Shown here: piece by piece, positions 7,389-17,396 of the stretch | Layout: each line of letters opens with the position of its first letter | How positions within the stretch are numbered: the first letter of the stretch is position 1 | Source: a virus | Lineage: Duplodnaviria > Caudoviricetes | Strand: one strand, 5' to 3' | Length of the DNA: 57,213 nt | Virus record (IMG/VR): IMGVR_UViG_3300036828_000780 | Coordinates: 1-57,213 of that record | Translations under genes and position numbers: made by a program | Notes under the pieces: model-generated | Told to the model about the DNA's origin: nothing | What the model saw: only the letters and a program-made list of their open reading frames with translations | The model's database searches: none

Positions 7389-7864
7389 TAATCCGGCCAC
7401 TTTACGACAGCGTGATTGGCGCGCTGCCAGCGCTCGGCCGCGGCCAGCAGCGCGTTGACTTCATCCTGCTTGGCGTAGGGCAGGCCGTGCAGCAATGCGA
7501 TTTCCAGCCAGACCCGCACGATCGCCGGCATGCTCCGATCCTGGGCGCGCAGCACGAAGATCGGCTCGTCATCGGAGCACCGACCGAGGCAGCTCGACCG
7601 ATCGTCGAGGCTGGCGAGCTCTTGTGCTTTGGTTGCCATGCAGGCCTCCGTTGTCATTGGGGTTGGTGGATGGTACGGCAGAAACTCGCACGCCTGGGGT
7701 GGGTCGGGGACCGGGTCGGGCGGCCCTGCTTCCGGCGCTTGCCGGCCGGGCGGGTCCGGCGCGCAGCGCGGCGCCGCCGGCAGGAATTCCAGCTCGTCGA
7801 GCCGGCGCTCGAGGAACAGGACCCGGCGCTCGAGGCGCTGCAGCCGGCTGTTGGCGTCGCTCAT
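7388..7864 (-). CDS. Phage hypothetical protein (DEPIFVLRAQD motif); may start at 7639
   Basis: SCL..DDEPIFVLRAQD motif common in phage early regions. Confidence 0.6.
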   Translation of the reverse strand: MSDANSRLQRLERRVLFLERRLDELEFLPAAPRCAPDPPGRQAPEAGPPDPVPDPPQACEFLPYHPPTPMTTEACMATKAQELASLDDRSSCLGRCSDDEPIFVLRAQDRSMPAIVRVWLEIALLHGLPYAKQDEVNALLAAAERWQRANHAVVKWPD

Positions 7865-7876
7865 CCGGCGAGCCTC

Positions 7877-7912
7877 CCGAAAGTTTGCGGTTAACGATTC
7901 CGAAAGTTTGCG
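7877..7912. promoter_or_regulatory. Left operator-like repeats
   Basis: CCGAAAGTTTGCG at 7877 and 7900; also at 8740, with variants at 8773 and 8850. Confidence 0.7.
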
Positions 7913-8221
7913 ACGGCTGTCAACCCGGTTTTTGCCGGCCGGACGGCAAGGCATGCCGGAATTGCCGGCTCACCCTTGCCGGTTCACACTTTTTTCACGG
8001 TTTCTTGGCGAATTATTAACTATTGGGGCCCTTGCGGCCCGTGAATTGTTGTGTGAAGGTTTCGTGATTCGCGCCGGACGGCCGCAAAACTAAGAAAACA
8101 GGAAACGCTATCCAAATAACGGGGGAGGTCATCTCGAAATGACCAAGCTTTCGCCGCGGGTGAAACGAGAGATATGCCGATTGCGGCAAGAAGAAACGGC
8201 AGAGCGTGATTGCTGCGGTGT

Positions 8222-8692
8222 TCAGCCTTTATTATCGGCATCCTCGCCGGCCGCCTCTGGCGGCTCATCCTCGCCCGCCCAAATCTCACCAATTGTGCGG
8301 CGGATCGTCGAGAGGACGTGCTCGTCGATCGGCGTCCCGTCGCTTTGGGCGGCCTGCAGGACGTTATACACCCGCGCTGTTGCTCGAATAACGCGGCGGG
8401 AATTGCCCGGGTCGCCGGGCGGCAAGTGAGCGCGCAGCGCCTCTTGCGCGGTGTTGTGTGCGATTTCGAGGAGGTCGGGCGAGACGCGGCCGAGCGCCGA
8501 GAAGCCCATGAGTTCGGGGAGCGTCCAGCGCAGCGCCAGCGCGATCTTTCGCAACGTGGTGAGGCGTCGGCTGGACGGCCGATCCATTGTGTCGTGCCCC
8601 AGGCCGACCCGGTCCAATAGCTTGCGCAACGGTTCTCCCAGCTCGGCGGCGCGTTGCTGGCACCGCCGCTGGAATTCTTCCTCCGACCACAT
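8222..8692 (-). CDS. Putative CI-like repressor (XRE HTH)
   Basis: LRKLLDRVGLGHDT...RLTTLRKIALALRWTLPELMG; divergent from Cro-like gene and flanked by operators. Confidence 0.7.
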   Translation of the reverse strand: MWSEEEFQRRCQQRAAELGEPLRKLLDRVGLGHDTMDRPSSRRLTTLRKIALALRWTLPELMGFSALGRVSPDLLEIAHNTAQEALRAHLPPGDPGNSRRVIRATARVYNVLQAAQSDGTPIDEHVLSTIRRTIGEIWAGEDEPPEAAGEDADNKG

Positions 8693-8739
8693 CCCCCGGC
8701 CTTCCTTGTTTCTCTAGCCTCTTAGGCTAACACGTTTTT

Positions 8740-8862
8740 CCGAAAGTTTGCGATCACCAATCGGCTGATTTTCCTAAAATTTGCCGCAACGGCCGCCGGT
8801 TCGCGGGGCGCCTCTCGCCGGCAATCCGGCAATTTAACGATTGACGCCGCCGAAATCTTGCG
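8740..8862. promoter_or_regulatory. Right operator / divergent promoter region
   Basis: CCGAAAGTTTGCG (8740), CCTAAAATTTGCC (8773), CCGAAATCTTGCG (8850); TTGACG at 8841. Confidence 0.65.
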
Positions 8863-8876
8863 ACCAGATTGCCGGC

Positions 8877-9152
8877 ATGTACTCGACCGCAGAGCTGGTG
8901 GTGTTGGCGCAGGCCTATATCGCCTGGGCCGATATCTCAATCTCCCGGATGGGCGAGCTTGCCGCGAACAACGATAAATTGTTCCACCGGCTGTTCGCTG
9001 GGCTCGATTGCTACGCCAGTAGCGCCGAGCGCGCGTCGCGGTGGTTTCACGAAAATTGGCCGGACCAACTGCCTTGGCCGCCGGGAATCCGGTCGAGGGC
9101 GTGCCGGCGGCGGGTGAGTAAGGCGGCGGCGGGGCGTGCCGTAAACGCCTAA
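8877..9152 (+). CDS. Cro-like regulator
   Basis: ISISRMGELAANNDKLFHRL...WFHENWPDQLPWP, alphaproteobacterial phage Cro-type pattern. Confidence 0.7.
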   Translation: MYSTAELVVLAQAYIAWADISISRMGELAANNDKLFHRLFAGLDCYASSAERASRWFHENWPDQLPWPPGIRSRACRRRVSKAAAGRAVNA

Positions 9153-9423
9153 ACCCTTGGATTTGGGGAGCGGAGGTGCCGATGCTCCACCAGCCGACCA
9201 TTCGCGGCCTCGCCCGCGGCTTTTCGAGCCAGCCGCCGCGACCGGGGTTCTACGACAGCCGGCTGGCCTACTGCCGGGCCTTTGCTTTGGCGCTCGCCCT
9301 CTCGCTCGGCGCATGGGCGGTGATTGGGCTGATTGTCTGGCGGGCGCTGTCGTGAGTGATGCTCGGCGGCGCTGGTCGGCGCTGGCTGACTGGATCGAAG
9401 AGCGGATCGAGGAGCCCTCGGCA

Positions 9424-9795
9424 ATGTCTGATGACGCCCCGCTTGGTATGCACCCGGGTCCCGGCGTCCGCGTGCGGCCGCTGAACCGGCGGGCCACGAT
9501 CACCGAGCTCGTCGAGGACGCGGCGACCGGCTGGTGGAACCTCTCGGCCAGCTTTGATGACGCCAGCGGTCAGTGTCAGGAGATCTTTCTGTCGACCGCG
9601 CACCGCGCCGGCTCCGAATTCGATGCGCTGGTGCACGACGGCTGCATCCTCATCAGCCGCGATTGTCTGCAGCGCGGGCTGTCGGCGGCCGATCTGGTGC
9701 GCGGTCTGTCGGATCGGCCGCCCTCGCTCTACGCCAAGGCGCTGGGGATTTGCGCCGCCGAAGAGGATCGATTGCGATTGGAGCTGACCCCGTGA
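9424..9795 (+). CDS. TSCPD-domain (NrdJ C-terminal-like) protein
   Basis: NRRATIT...QEIFL...AGSEFDALVHDGCILISR.LQRG. Confidence 0.65.
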   Translation: MSDDAPLGMHPGPGVRVRPLNRRATITELVEDAATGWWNLSASFDDASGQCQEIFLSTAHRAGSEFDALVHDGCILISRDCLQRGLSAADLVRGLSDRPPSLYAKALGICAAEEDRLRLELTP

Positions 9796-10106
9796 AACGC
9801 AGCACCAGAGGCGGCGGCCGCCCGCAATTCCGTCGGCCGAGTTTGGGGCAGCTCGAGGCGGGGCTCGCCGTCGGGCACCCGCGGCCGTCGGGCCCATCGT
9901 CGGCGCCGGGGGTTGTCGAGAGCCTCGATTTGCGCCGGCTGGTCGCTGCCGCGGTCGAGGGGCAGCTCGGCCTTCTGCCGTCGGAGCTGACGATCGACCA
10001 GCTCGATTTCGCGGCGCTCGCCGGCCGCATCGGCGGTGAGGTCGTGCGGCAGCTCGCGCGCCGCGGCCTGGTCGCCGATATCCGGCCGGGCACTGACTTC
10101 GCATGA
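9792..10106 (+). CDS. Hypothetical protein
   Basis: GTGA/ATGA coupling to both neighbours. Confidence 0.5.
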   Translation: MKRSTRGGGRPQFRRPSLGQLEAGLAVGHPRPSGPSSAPGVVESLDLRRLVAAAVEGQLGLLPSELTIDQLDFAALAGRIGGEVVRQLARRGLVADIRPGTDFA

Positions 10107-10561
10107 AAACCTTATGGCTCGGCGCCGACGAGCGGTGCGCCATTGCCCGGTTGCGCGCCAAGGCCGAGGCCGCGCCGCTGGCGCCCGACGCGGTCGCCGT
10201 CGCCGCCGCCCGCCGGCGCCGCGGCCAGACCCCGCCCTTGCCGATCCCGTTTACCCTCGTTCTGCCCGACGGGTTTCGCGTCGCTTTTACGATCGAGCGG
10301 CACCCGTCGGGGCCCGAGCGGCACCTGGTCATTTGCGGCGCCGGGCATCCCGCCCAGGTCGCGATGCTGCTCGCCGAATTCGGCTTTCTCGGCGGCTGGC
10401 GCGAGTTGCCGGTGTGGATCGAGGCCTCCGGCGGCGGCCGCGGCCGCGCCGTCAATATCGCTGAGCCGCTGCCGCTGCCGGTGGAGCTCGAAATGCTGGT
10501 CGCGCCGCCCGAGGACGGCGAGGAGGTCGAGGACCTCGAGGTCGACGAGGAGGCCGCGTGA
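10103..10561 (+). CDS. Hypothetical phage protein
   Basis: Coupled ORF; GFRVAFTIERHPSG motif. Confidence 0.6.
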   Translation: MKTLWLGADERCAIARLRAKAEAAPLAPDAVAVAAARRRRGQTPPLPIPFTLVLPDGFRVAFTIERHPSGPERHLVICGAGHPAQVAMLLAEFGFLGGWRELPVWIEASGGGRGRAVNIAEPLPLPVELEMLVAPPEDGEEVEDLEVDEEAA

Positions 10562-10989
10562 AGCCGCTACCACCGCTCTGTTCCTTTCCGCCATGGACCA
10601 AGCCCATGACCGACATCCCACCGGCGCCGCTCGACAAGCCGATCCTGCTCAATGCGACGCAGGCGGTCTGTGATGTCGTGCGCGAGCTCGGCCGCCAGCA
10701 TGGCCGCCCGCTGGCGGCGGCCAAGGCGGGCCAGCTGTTGCAGGCGATGGTCTCGCGCCACGCGCGCGGCGGTCTCGCCTGGTCGCGCGACGATCTGGTG
10801 CAGGCGGCCGCCTTTCTGTTGGCCGCGGTCGAACTGCTCGACGAGGGCGGCAATCCCGATGCGGGCGCCGATCCGCACGATCCGTATCGCAACGACCGTT
10901 TCCCGGAGCGCGCCTGCGATTATTGCGGCAAGCCGTATCGCGGCCCGGCGGTCTATTGCTCGCACGATTGTGCGACGGCCGATGCCTGA
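10558..10989 (+). CDS. Hypothetical protein with C-terminal zinc finger
   Basis: CDYCGKPY...YCSHDC. Confidence 0.6.
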   Translation: MKPLPPLCSFPPWTKPMTDIPPAPLDKPILLNATQAVCDVVRELGRQHGRPLAAAKAGQLLQAMVSRHARGGLAWSRDDLVQAAAFLLAAVELLDEGGNPDAGADPHDPYRNDRFPERACDYCGKPYRGPAVYCSHDCATADA

Positions 10990-11440
10990 GCGCGACCAGG
11001 TCCTGACGGTGCTCTGGCGCCGCTTGTCGGTTGCCAGCAAAACCACCGGCATTCCGCGCGGCGCTCTGCTGACCGGGCTGTTGGCCCGGCTGTTCGAGGG
11101 CGCGACCGAGATCGAGCGGGCGGAATTTATCGGGCTGTTGGCTGATCTGTTTGAGCCGCAGCCGGTGTCGGCGCCGGTGACGCTCGGCGACCAGCCGATC
11201 GAGGCGCGTTATATCGGCCGCATGCAGTGGATCGGCCGCATCCTCGACCAGCTGTTCAATGGCCAGATCGGCGGCCGCGAGCGGATGATCGGCTTCATTC
11301 TGCTGGTGTTCCCGTTTGGCGACCACGAGGGCCGCTGCAACTATCTGTCAAACGGCGCCGATCGGCGCGACGTCGTCGTGCTGCTTAAAGAACAGCTCGC
11401 GCGCTTTGAGGGCATGCCCGAGCTGCAGGGGCGCGCATGA
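10982..11440 (+). CDS. Hypothetical phage protein
   Basis: GFILLVFPFGD..GRCNYLSNGADR motif. Confidence 0.65.
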   Translation: MPERDQVLTVLWRRLSVASKTTGIPRGALLTGLLARLFEGATEIERAEFIGLLADLFEPQPVSAPVTLGDQPIEARYIGRMQWIGRILDQLFNGQIGGRERMIGFILLVFPFGDHEGRCNYLSNGADRRDVVVLLKEQLARFEGMPELQGRA

Positions 11441-12042
11441 GCGGCGAGCTCGCGACTGCGGCGAAGCGACCACGGGGTCGGCCTCGGCTCGACGGGCCGC
11501 CCAAGCCCGCCAAGCGACCACGGGGTCGGCCTCGGCTCGATGGGCCGCCCAGGTCCCTGATCACCGCCAGACTACCGGCGGCCCTTAAAGCGCAAATCGA
11601 GCGCGATGCGCGGCGCGCGCATCGATCTGTCACAAAAGAATTCGAGCGTCGCCTCAGTGAAAGCTACGCTTCCGAAGAAAATTACGGTGGCCCACAAATG
11701 GCCGCGCTCTTTCGTGAATTGGGCGCGGCGGCATGGGCAATCGAAACGCGGAAAAATCGCGGCCCATGTTTCGAAGACTTCAAAACTTTTCATTTGGTCA
11801 TGTATAGGTGGCAGGAAATTATGCGGAGCCGGACGCCGCAGCCCACATGGGCCGAATTCGACTGCGCCAATTGCGGCATGCACATTGTCAGTCTCGGCCT
11901 GGTGGAGCCGCCGGCGCATCGGCAGTGCGCGCATTGCCAGTGGTTCGCGGGCTGGATCGACGATCCGCAATTGTGCCGCATCCTCGATCCCGACAATCGA
12001 CGCAGGCCTCCGCGCAAGGGGGGCGATGGCAGCGCGTCGTGA
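11437..12042 (+). CDS. AT-hook plus Arc/RHH-like DNA-binding protein with Cys-rich tail
   Basis: Tandem KRPRGRPRLDGPP (48-bp period duplication); TARLP.ALKAQIE.DA....RSVTKEFERRL. Confidence 0.65.
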   Translation: MSGELATAAKRPRGRPRLDGPPKPAKRPRGRPRLDGPPRSLITARLPAALKAQIERDARRAHRSVTKEFERRLSESYASEENYGGPQMAALFRELGAAAWAIETRKNRGPCFEDFKTFHLVMYRWQEIMRSRTPQPTWAEFDCANCGMHIVSLGLVEPPAHRQCAHCQWFAGWIDDPQLCRILDPDNRRRPPRKGGDGSAS

Positions 12043-13105
12043 GGCGGCCGAGCTCGGCTGGCGCCTCGGCGAGCGCATGCAGAGCCTCGCCGAGGAAATA
12101 CTGCCACGCGGCCGCCGCGAGGCGCGCTGGTGGCGGGTCGGCTCGTTGGCCGGGGAAGAGGGCCAGTCCTTGGCGATCGTGCTATGGGGCGCCCGGCAGG
12201 GGCATTGGCGCGATTACGCATCGGGCGATCGCGGCGACGCGCTCGACCTGGTCGCCGGCGTCGTGTGCGACGGTAATCTATTGCGGGCAATGGACTGGGC
12301 GCGCCAATGGCTGCGCCTGCCCGAGCAACAGCGGCCATTGCCCGAGCGGCGCGGCCCGCGGCGCACTGACGACGACGAATTCGCCGCCAAGCGCCGCACT
12401 GCGCTAAAAATCTGGCTCGCCGGCATGCCGCTGCAGCGCGGCGATGTGGTCTGGCGGTACCTGGAGGGGCGCGGCATCGATCTGGCGCGGTTGCCGCGCT
12501 TGCCCGGCGCGTTGCGTTGTCACCCCGGCCTGTGGCACTGGGAGCACAAATGCTACTGGCCGGCGATGGTCGCGGCGATCGCCGGCGCCGATGGCAAGCA
12601 TTGCGCCACGCACTGCACCTGGCTCGCCGAGCGCAACCTCGCTTGCGAGGACCGCCCGATGGTCGGCAAGGCGCCGATCGGCCAGGCCGCCAAGCGCACC
12701 CTGGGCGGTTATAGCGGCGGCTGCATTCGGTTGTGGCGCGGCGCTGGGCCGCGATCTTGGGACGAGCTCGACGGCGGCCAGACCCTAGTCATCAGCGAGG
12801 GCATTGAGGACGGGCTGTCCTATGTGACGCGGTTTGACCCGCGTTGCCGCCTCGCCGTCGCGGTGTCGCTGTCGGCGATGCTGGCGCTGGAATTGCCGCC
12901 GCAATTCGAGCGTGTGTGCATTCTCGCGCAATCCGATGCGCCGGGCTCCGCGGCGGCGCGCACGCTCGACCGCGTCATCGAGCGCTGGGAAGATCAGGGG
13001 CGGCGCGTCTTTACTGCAGCGCGCCACGCGATCGTCAAGGATCTCAATGAACTGATCACGCACCCGCTAATAAACACCGGGGGATTCGCAGGTGGCGGAA
13101 GATGA
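12026..13105 (+). CDS. TOPRIM-domain phage primase
   Basis: W.DYASGDRGDALDL; YLEGRGI; VISEGIEDGLS; AQSD. Confidence 0.85.
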   Translation: MAARREAAELGWRLGERMQSLAEEILPRGRREARWWRVGSLAGEEGQSLAIVLWGARQGHWRDYASGDRGDALDLVAGVVCDGNLLRAMDWARQWLRLPEQQRPLPERRGPRRTDDDEFAAKRRTALKIWLAGMPLQRGDVVWRYLEGRGIDLARLPRLPGALRCHPGLWHWEHKCYWPAMVAAIAGADGKHCATHCTWLAERNLACEDRPMVGKAPIGQAAKRTLGGYSGGCIRLWRGAGPRSWDELDGGQTLVISEGIEDGLSYVTRFDPRCRLAVAVSLSAMLALELPPQFERVCILAQSDAPGSAAARTLDRVIERWEDQGRRVFTAARHAIVKDLNELITHPLINTGGFAGGGR

Positions 13106-14585
13106 CAAGAAGGTTGTTAACTTCGACTTCTTTCAAGAGCGCAAAGCTACTCGCGACCGCGACCGCTACGAGGACGACGATGGCGGTGGCGGCGGCCCGC
13201 CGATCGGGCCGCCCGGTGGTGATGGCGCGACGCCGCGCGCGCCGTTCGGCACCGAGCTCATGCTCTCTCACGAGCTCAGTAAGGAGCTCGGCGACGATTG
13301 GATATGCGCTTGGCCGTCGAAAACCTGGTACCGCTGGGATGGCCGGCGCTGGGATGGCGCCCGCGGTGATTACCTGATCCAACAGATCGCGCAGCAGGTC
13401 GCGCTGCGCCTTGCGGTGTGGATTGAGGAAAAGGATAAGCGCACGGCGCGGTCGCTCTGTCGCTCGGCGACGATCAGTGGCGCGATCACGTTGATTTCGT
13501 CGCAGCAGCGCCACGCGGTATATGATGGCGAGCTCGACCAGGAGGACGACTGGGAAATCAACACGCCCGACGGGCTGTTGTATCTCAAAACCGGGTTTCT
13601 GGCGCCGCATGTGCGCAGCCGCATGCTGACCCGGCTCACTGGCGCCTCGCCGCGCCCCGACGCCGAATGTCCGCGCTGGATGCAGTTTCTCGACGAGGTC
13701 ACCGGCGGCAATCGGGGCCTGCAGGAATATTTGCGGCGCATGGCTGGTTACTTTCTCACCGGGTCGATTACCGAGCATAAAATCTTTTTTCTCTACGGCA
13801 AATCGCGCACCGGCAAGACGGTGTTTCAAAACATCTTGGTCGAATTGTTGGGCGACTACGCCATTGCCGCGGCGATGGATATGTTCATCGTTGCCGAGGG
13901 CCAGCGGCACCTGACCGAGCAGATGGATTTATGCGGGCCGCGCCTGGTCATTGCCAGTGAGACGCAAGAGGGCAAACGCTGGAATGACGCACTGCTGAAA
14001 CAGATCGCCGGCGGCGATCCGATGCGGGCGCGCAAAATGCGCGAGAACACGGTGCAGTTCCGGACGCACTGTAAATTGCTATTGGGCGGCAATCACCGGC
14101 CGCGCATGCGCCCGGGCGACGACGCAATGCGGGCGCGGTTTATCGTGCCGCCGTTCGGCTTTCGCCAGCCGGTGCTCGACAAGGATCTCACCGACAAGCT
14201 CCGCGGCGAGCTGCCCGGGATTTTCAAATGGGCGATGACCGGCGCCCTCGAATTGCACAACGGGGCCAGTCTCGACCTGTCGGCCGCGCCGCTGGTGATC
14301 CGTGAGGCGACCGACGAATATTTCGAGTCGCAGGACACGATAAACCACTGGATCGACGCGTGTTGTGAAAGAGGCGGCCGCGAGTTTTTCGCGACGACCG
14401 AGGAGCTCTATAAAAGTTTCAAGGGCTGGTGCGAGCGCGCCGGTGATCGCTGGCCGCTGCCGATGTTCATCTTCGCGTCGCGGCTCGCCGATGTCGACGG
14501 CGTCGAGCATCATCGGCCGAGCGGTCGCAAGGCGCGCGGGTTTGTCGGGCTGCGGCTCAATGATCGGCAGGACGACTTTATGTGA
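13092..14585 (+). CDS. P4-family (D5-type) SF3 helicase/primase
   Basis: Walker A GKSRTGKT; RLVIASE; KQIAGGD; NHRP...DDAMRARF. Confidence 0.92.
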   Translation: MAEDDKKVVNFDFFQERKATRDRDRYEDDDGGGGGPPIGPPGGDGATPRAPFGTELMLSHELSKELGDDWICAWPSKTWYRWDGRRWDGARGDYLIQQIAQQVALRLAVWIEEKDKRTARSLCRSATISGAITLISSQQRHAVYDGELDQEDDWEINTPDGLLYLKTGFLAPHVRSRMLTRLTGASPRPDAECPRWMQFLDEVTGGNRGLQEYLRRMAGYFLTGSITEHKIFFLYGKSRTGKTVFQNILVELLGDYAIAAAMDMFIVAEGQRHLTEQMDLCGPRLVIASETQEGKRWNDALLKQIAGGDPMRARKMRENTVQFRTHCKLLLGGNHRPRMRPGDDAMRARFIVPPFGFRQPVLDKDLTDKLRGELPGIFKWAMTGALELHNGASLDLSAAPLVIREATDEYFESQDTINHWIDACCERGGREFFATTEELYKSFKGWCERAGDRWPLPMFIFASRLADVDGVEHHRPSGRKARGFVGLRLNDRQDDFM

Positions 14586-14597
14586 CGGCGACATCGA

Positions 14598-14633
14598 GGG
14601 GTCGGCTCCCGGGCGGGGGCCGGCCCCTTTTTT
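14598..14633 (+). terminator. Rho-independent terminator
   Basis: GGGGTCGGCTCCC-loop-GGGGGCCGGCCCC followed by T6. Confidence 0.8.
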
Positions 14634-14830
14634 GTTGGAGGAGGGCGGATGATCAGCGAAATACGCGTCGGCGATTACACGCTACGCCGGATCGAGGCGA
14701 GCCTGCAGGGCGGGCCGCCAGGATATCGACCGATCGCTCGCATTCAGATCGTACATAAAGGCGGCTTCGTCGACTATGACGAGGAGGTGGTCGCGGCCGC
14801 GCTGCACTGGCTCTTGCCCGAGCTGCCGAT

Positions 14831-15193
14831 ATGACCGAGGTCGCTCTATTCGAGGCGACCGATCGCGCGCTGATGAAACTGATCCAGGGGGAACATTTTT
14901 GCGAGATGACGGGCGCGCCGTGCCGTGATCCCGCCGCGTGCCAATGCTTCCGGGAAAAAATAGACCATGTCGCGAACGAGGAGGAGATGAGCGATCGACT
15001 CCCCGGCGGCGGGCAGCTGGTGATAACCGGCGTGCCATCTCTGCAGAGCCTGAGCGCCGGATTGACCCTAGAGGAGTTCCGCAACGCGGTGATTGGCCTG
15101 CTCTGGCAGAGTTTGCATGAGGGTAAGCCGGCGACCCTAGACGAGCTCCGCGACGCGCTGATCGGCCTGCTCCGGCAGGCGATCGATGGCTGA
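14831..15193 (+). CDS. Hypothetical protein
   Basis: Coupled ORF with internal repeat TLEEFRNAVIGLL / TLDELRDALIGLL. Confidence 0.45.
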   Translation: MTEVALFEATDRALMKLIQGEHFCEMTGAPCRDPAACQCFREKIDHVANEEEMSDRLPGGGQLVITGVPSLQSLSAGLTLEEFRNAVIGLLWQSLHEGKPATLDELRDALIGLLRQAIDG

Positions 15194-15569
15194 CTCGCCG
15201 CCGGCCCCGGCGCCGGTGGAGGCGGCGCTCGCCGGCCACCGCGACAAGCCGCGCATGCAGCTGTTGCGGTGGCGGTCGATCAAGAAAGGGTTCGTTGTCG
15301 GGTTTGCCGACGTCGAGTTGCCGATCGGGTTGAAGATCGTCGACGTGATGGTCGTCGCCAAGGATGGCCGGCTATGGGCCAACTTGCCGAGCCGCCCGCG
15401 GTTGCGCGGCGGGCAGCTCGAGGTGGGCCACGATGGCCGGCCGGTTTATGAGGCGGTGCTCGGCTGGCGCTCGCGCGAGCTCGGCGACGAATTCTCTCGG
15501 CGGGTGATCGACCTGGTGCGCGAGGCGCACCCGGCCGATCTGCCGCGCGGGGCGGTGGCGGCCGACTAA
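15186..15569 (+). CDS. SpoVG-like nucleic-acid-binding protein
   Basis: GFADVELPIGLKIVDV...GRLWANLPSRP...EFSRRVI. Confidence 0.55.
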   Translation: MADSPPAPAPVEAALAGHRDKPRMQLLRWRSIKKGFVVGFADVELPIGLKIVDVMVVAKDGRLWANLPSRPRLRGGQLEVGHDGRPVYEAVLGWRSRELGDEFSRRVIDLVREAHPADLPRGAVAAD

Positions 15570-16225
15570 GCGCCACGCGGTGTGGCGATACCGGCGCGCC
15601 GATACTGCAAGAAGATCAGCCCTAAAAAGGCTCCGGCGAGCAGCAGCAATGTGCTCGGCTCGGCCACCGCGACGCCGATCAGCTCGATCGTCGCGTCGAC
15701 GCTCTGACCCGGCGCCGTGAACGTCGCGATGAATTCCGCCGCGTCATTGGTCGCCGGCCCCACCGGGATCACGCCGGAGGTCGCGCTATCGGTCCCAAGA
15801 AAGGTTTCGGTGAATTCCGTTGCGCCGCCCGGTCCCAGCGCCGAGAGCGTCACCGGCCCGGCGCCGCCGATCAGCGCGTTGACGGTCAGCGCCGCAAAGA
15901 CATTGCCGCCGGGGAAGCTCAGCCCGGCCTGGCTGATATCGACGGTCAGCGTATCGGGGCCGGTGATCGCCCCGCTGGTCACCGTCAATTCGGTCGCGCT
16001 CAAATCGGGCTGCGGCAACAGCGGATCGCCGGACGCGGCCATCGAGATCGCCGAGAAGCCGGCGGACGAGCAGGTATGTGCCAGGCTCCCGGTGCCGCCA
16101 TCGGTGGCGGCGCAGGCGCCGAGCGGGCCGCTGAGCGTATCGCTGGCGGTTTCGATCAAGGTTGCCCCGGCGGGGCCGGCGGCCAATACGGACAGCGCCA
16201 GTGATGCGAGTAGTTTACGCAACAT
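15566..16225 (-). CDS. PEP-CTERM-type secreted surface protein (moron)
   Basis: Signal peptide ending AGPAGA; Thr/Ser/Gly-rich body; C-terminus VAEPSTLLLLAGAFLGLIFLQYRR. Confidence 0.8.
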   Translation of the reverse strand: MLRKLLASLALSVLAAGPAGATLIETASDTLSGPLGACAATDGGTGSLAHTCSSAGFSAISMAASGDPLLPQPDLSATELTVTSGAITGPDTLTVDISQAGLSFPGGNVFAALTVNALIGGAGPVTLSALGPGGATEFTETFLGTDSATSGVIPVGPATNDAAEFIATFTAPGQSVDATIELIGVAVAEPSTLLLLAGAFLGLIFLQYRRAGIATPRGA

Positions 16226-16562
16226 TTGCTTAACCCCTTTAAGGCTGATTCGGACCGATCCTTGGGCCGGCGCAGAGCGTAGCCTTGCCTTGGGTCTGCC
16301 GCAATCGATAACCGCCGGTAATCGCTGCACCGTGCAGCGATTATTCTCGGTTGTGGGAGGTGATAATGGCGACGGGGGTTAGGATCGACGGTTGATCGCC
16401 GCCGGTCCCGTTGGCGTTCTCATCCCGTTCTGGTGCCTGGCCGCCCGGCCCGTGAGCTGGCGTTCTCATTTGCCCCCTTTATGCCGCATTCCGTTCTCAT
16501 GCCTGGCCCGCCTGGCCCGTGACCCCTGGAGGTTTTGCTGCGATGCCAACGGGTTAGCTAGT

Positions 16563-16660
16563 GGTGCCAGAGGTGCCAGGCAAAATACATTAGATACGCT
16601 AACCCGCGCGCGCGCACGCAGGTGAGTCGCCTGATAAGGAAGCCTGGCACCTCTGGCACC
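16563..16660. repeat. 19-bp perfect inverted repeat, putative replication origin or packaging site
   Basis: GGTGCCAGAGGTGCCAGGC (16563-16581) / GCCTGGCACCTCTGGCACC (16642-16660) flanking an AT-rich stretch and a (CG)n run. Confidence 0.7.
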
Positions 16661-16708
16661 AATTTACAGTTCGCGTCCGTGCGATGATTAAAAATAGGGG
16701 TAAAATTC

Positions 16709-17233
16709 ATGGACCTGCGTGGTTCGAAGACGGCGCTCGACGAGGCGGTCGCCGCCTACCGCGACCGCGAGCTCGCCGAGCTGCCCGCCCAGCTGAGCCT
16801 GTTCGACGCCTCGGCCTCGGCCGGCGGCGAGGCCTCGGCCGAGGCCTCGGCGCCGGGCGGCGCGGTTGTGCCGCGTGGGCCCGGCCGGCCGCCTGGTGCG
16901 CGCAACCGGCGCACCGACGAGGCGGCGCGGATTTATATGTCCGAGTTTGGCGATCCGCTCCGGCGCGGTGTCCAATTGGCCGCGCTGCCGCTCCTTGCAC
17001 CCGGTGTTGTGGAAGGTTTGAGCCAGCGGCTAAACTGCTCGCGATTGGAGGCCGCGCGCTGGTGGGCCTCGATTTACTCGGCAACTCTGCCGTTCCTCCA
17101 TCAGCGCCTGGCAACGCTCGAAGTAAAGCCAGCCGGAAGTCCCGACGGCAACGATCCGGTATCGTGGGCCTTTTCCGACGGCGAATTGATCGACGCCAGC
17201 GCCGACCCGCAAAATGGGCCGGACAACGGCTGA
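16709..17233 (+). CDS. Putative terminase small subunit
   Basis: RGPGRPPGARNRRT...GDPL...LPFLHQRL; position upstream of terL. Confidence 0.55.
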   Translation: MDLRGSKTALDEAVAAYRDRELAELPAQLSLFDASASAGGEASAEASAPGGAVVPRGPGRPPGARNRRTDEAARIYMSEFGDPLRRGVQLAALPLLAPGVVEGLSQRLNCSRLEAARWWASIYSATLPFLHQRLATLEVKPAGSPDGNDPVSWAFSDGELIDASADPQNGPDNG

Positions 17234-17396
17234 TTTCTGCGCTCGCGCGGTCACACCGCTACTGCACTGTGACCAACTGCGGTTTTCTACCAGCGCGCGC
17301 AAAAAGAAGAACCCGGCGATTTGCCGGGTCTGTTCTTGAGGTTTCAGCCAACCGTAAATCATTTACAGTTGGCGAGCGGCGCAAAAAGTTCGCCGC

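Noticed and set aside
7919-7950. Possible self-target of guide B6 in the left operator region (GTcAAcCC...)
   Set aside because: Only about 4 of 12 dinucleotides match; consistent with chance
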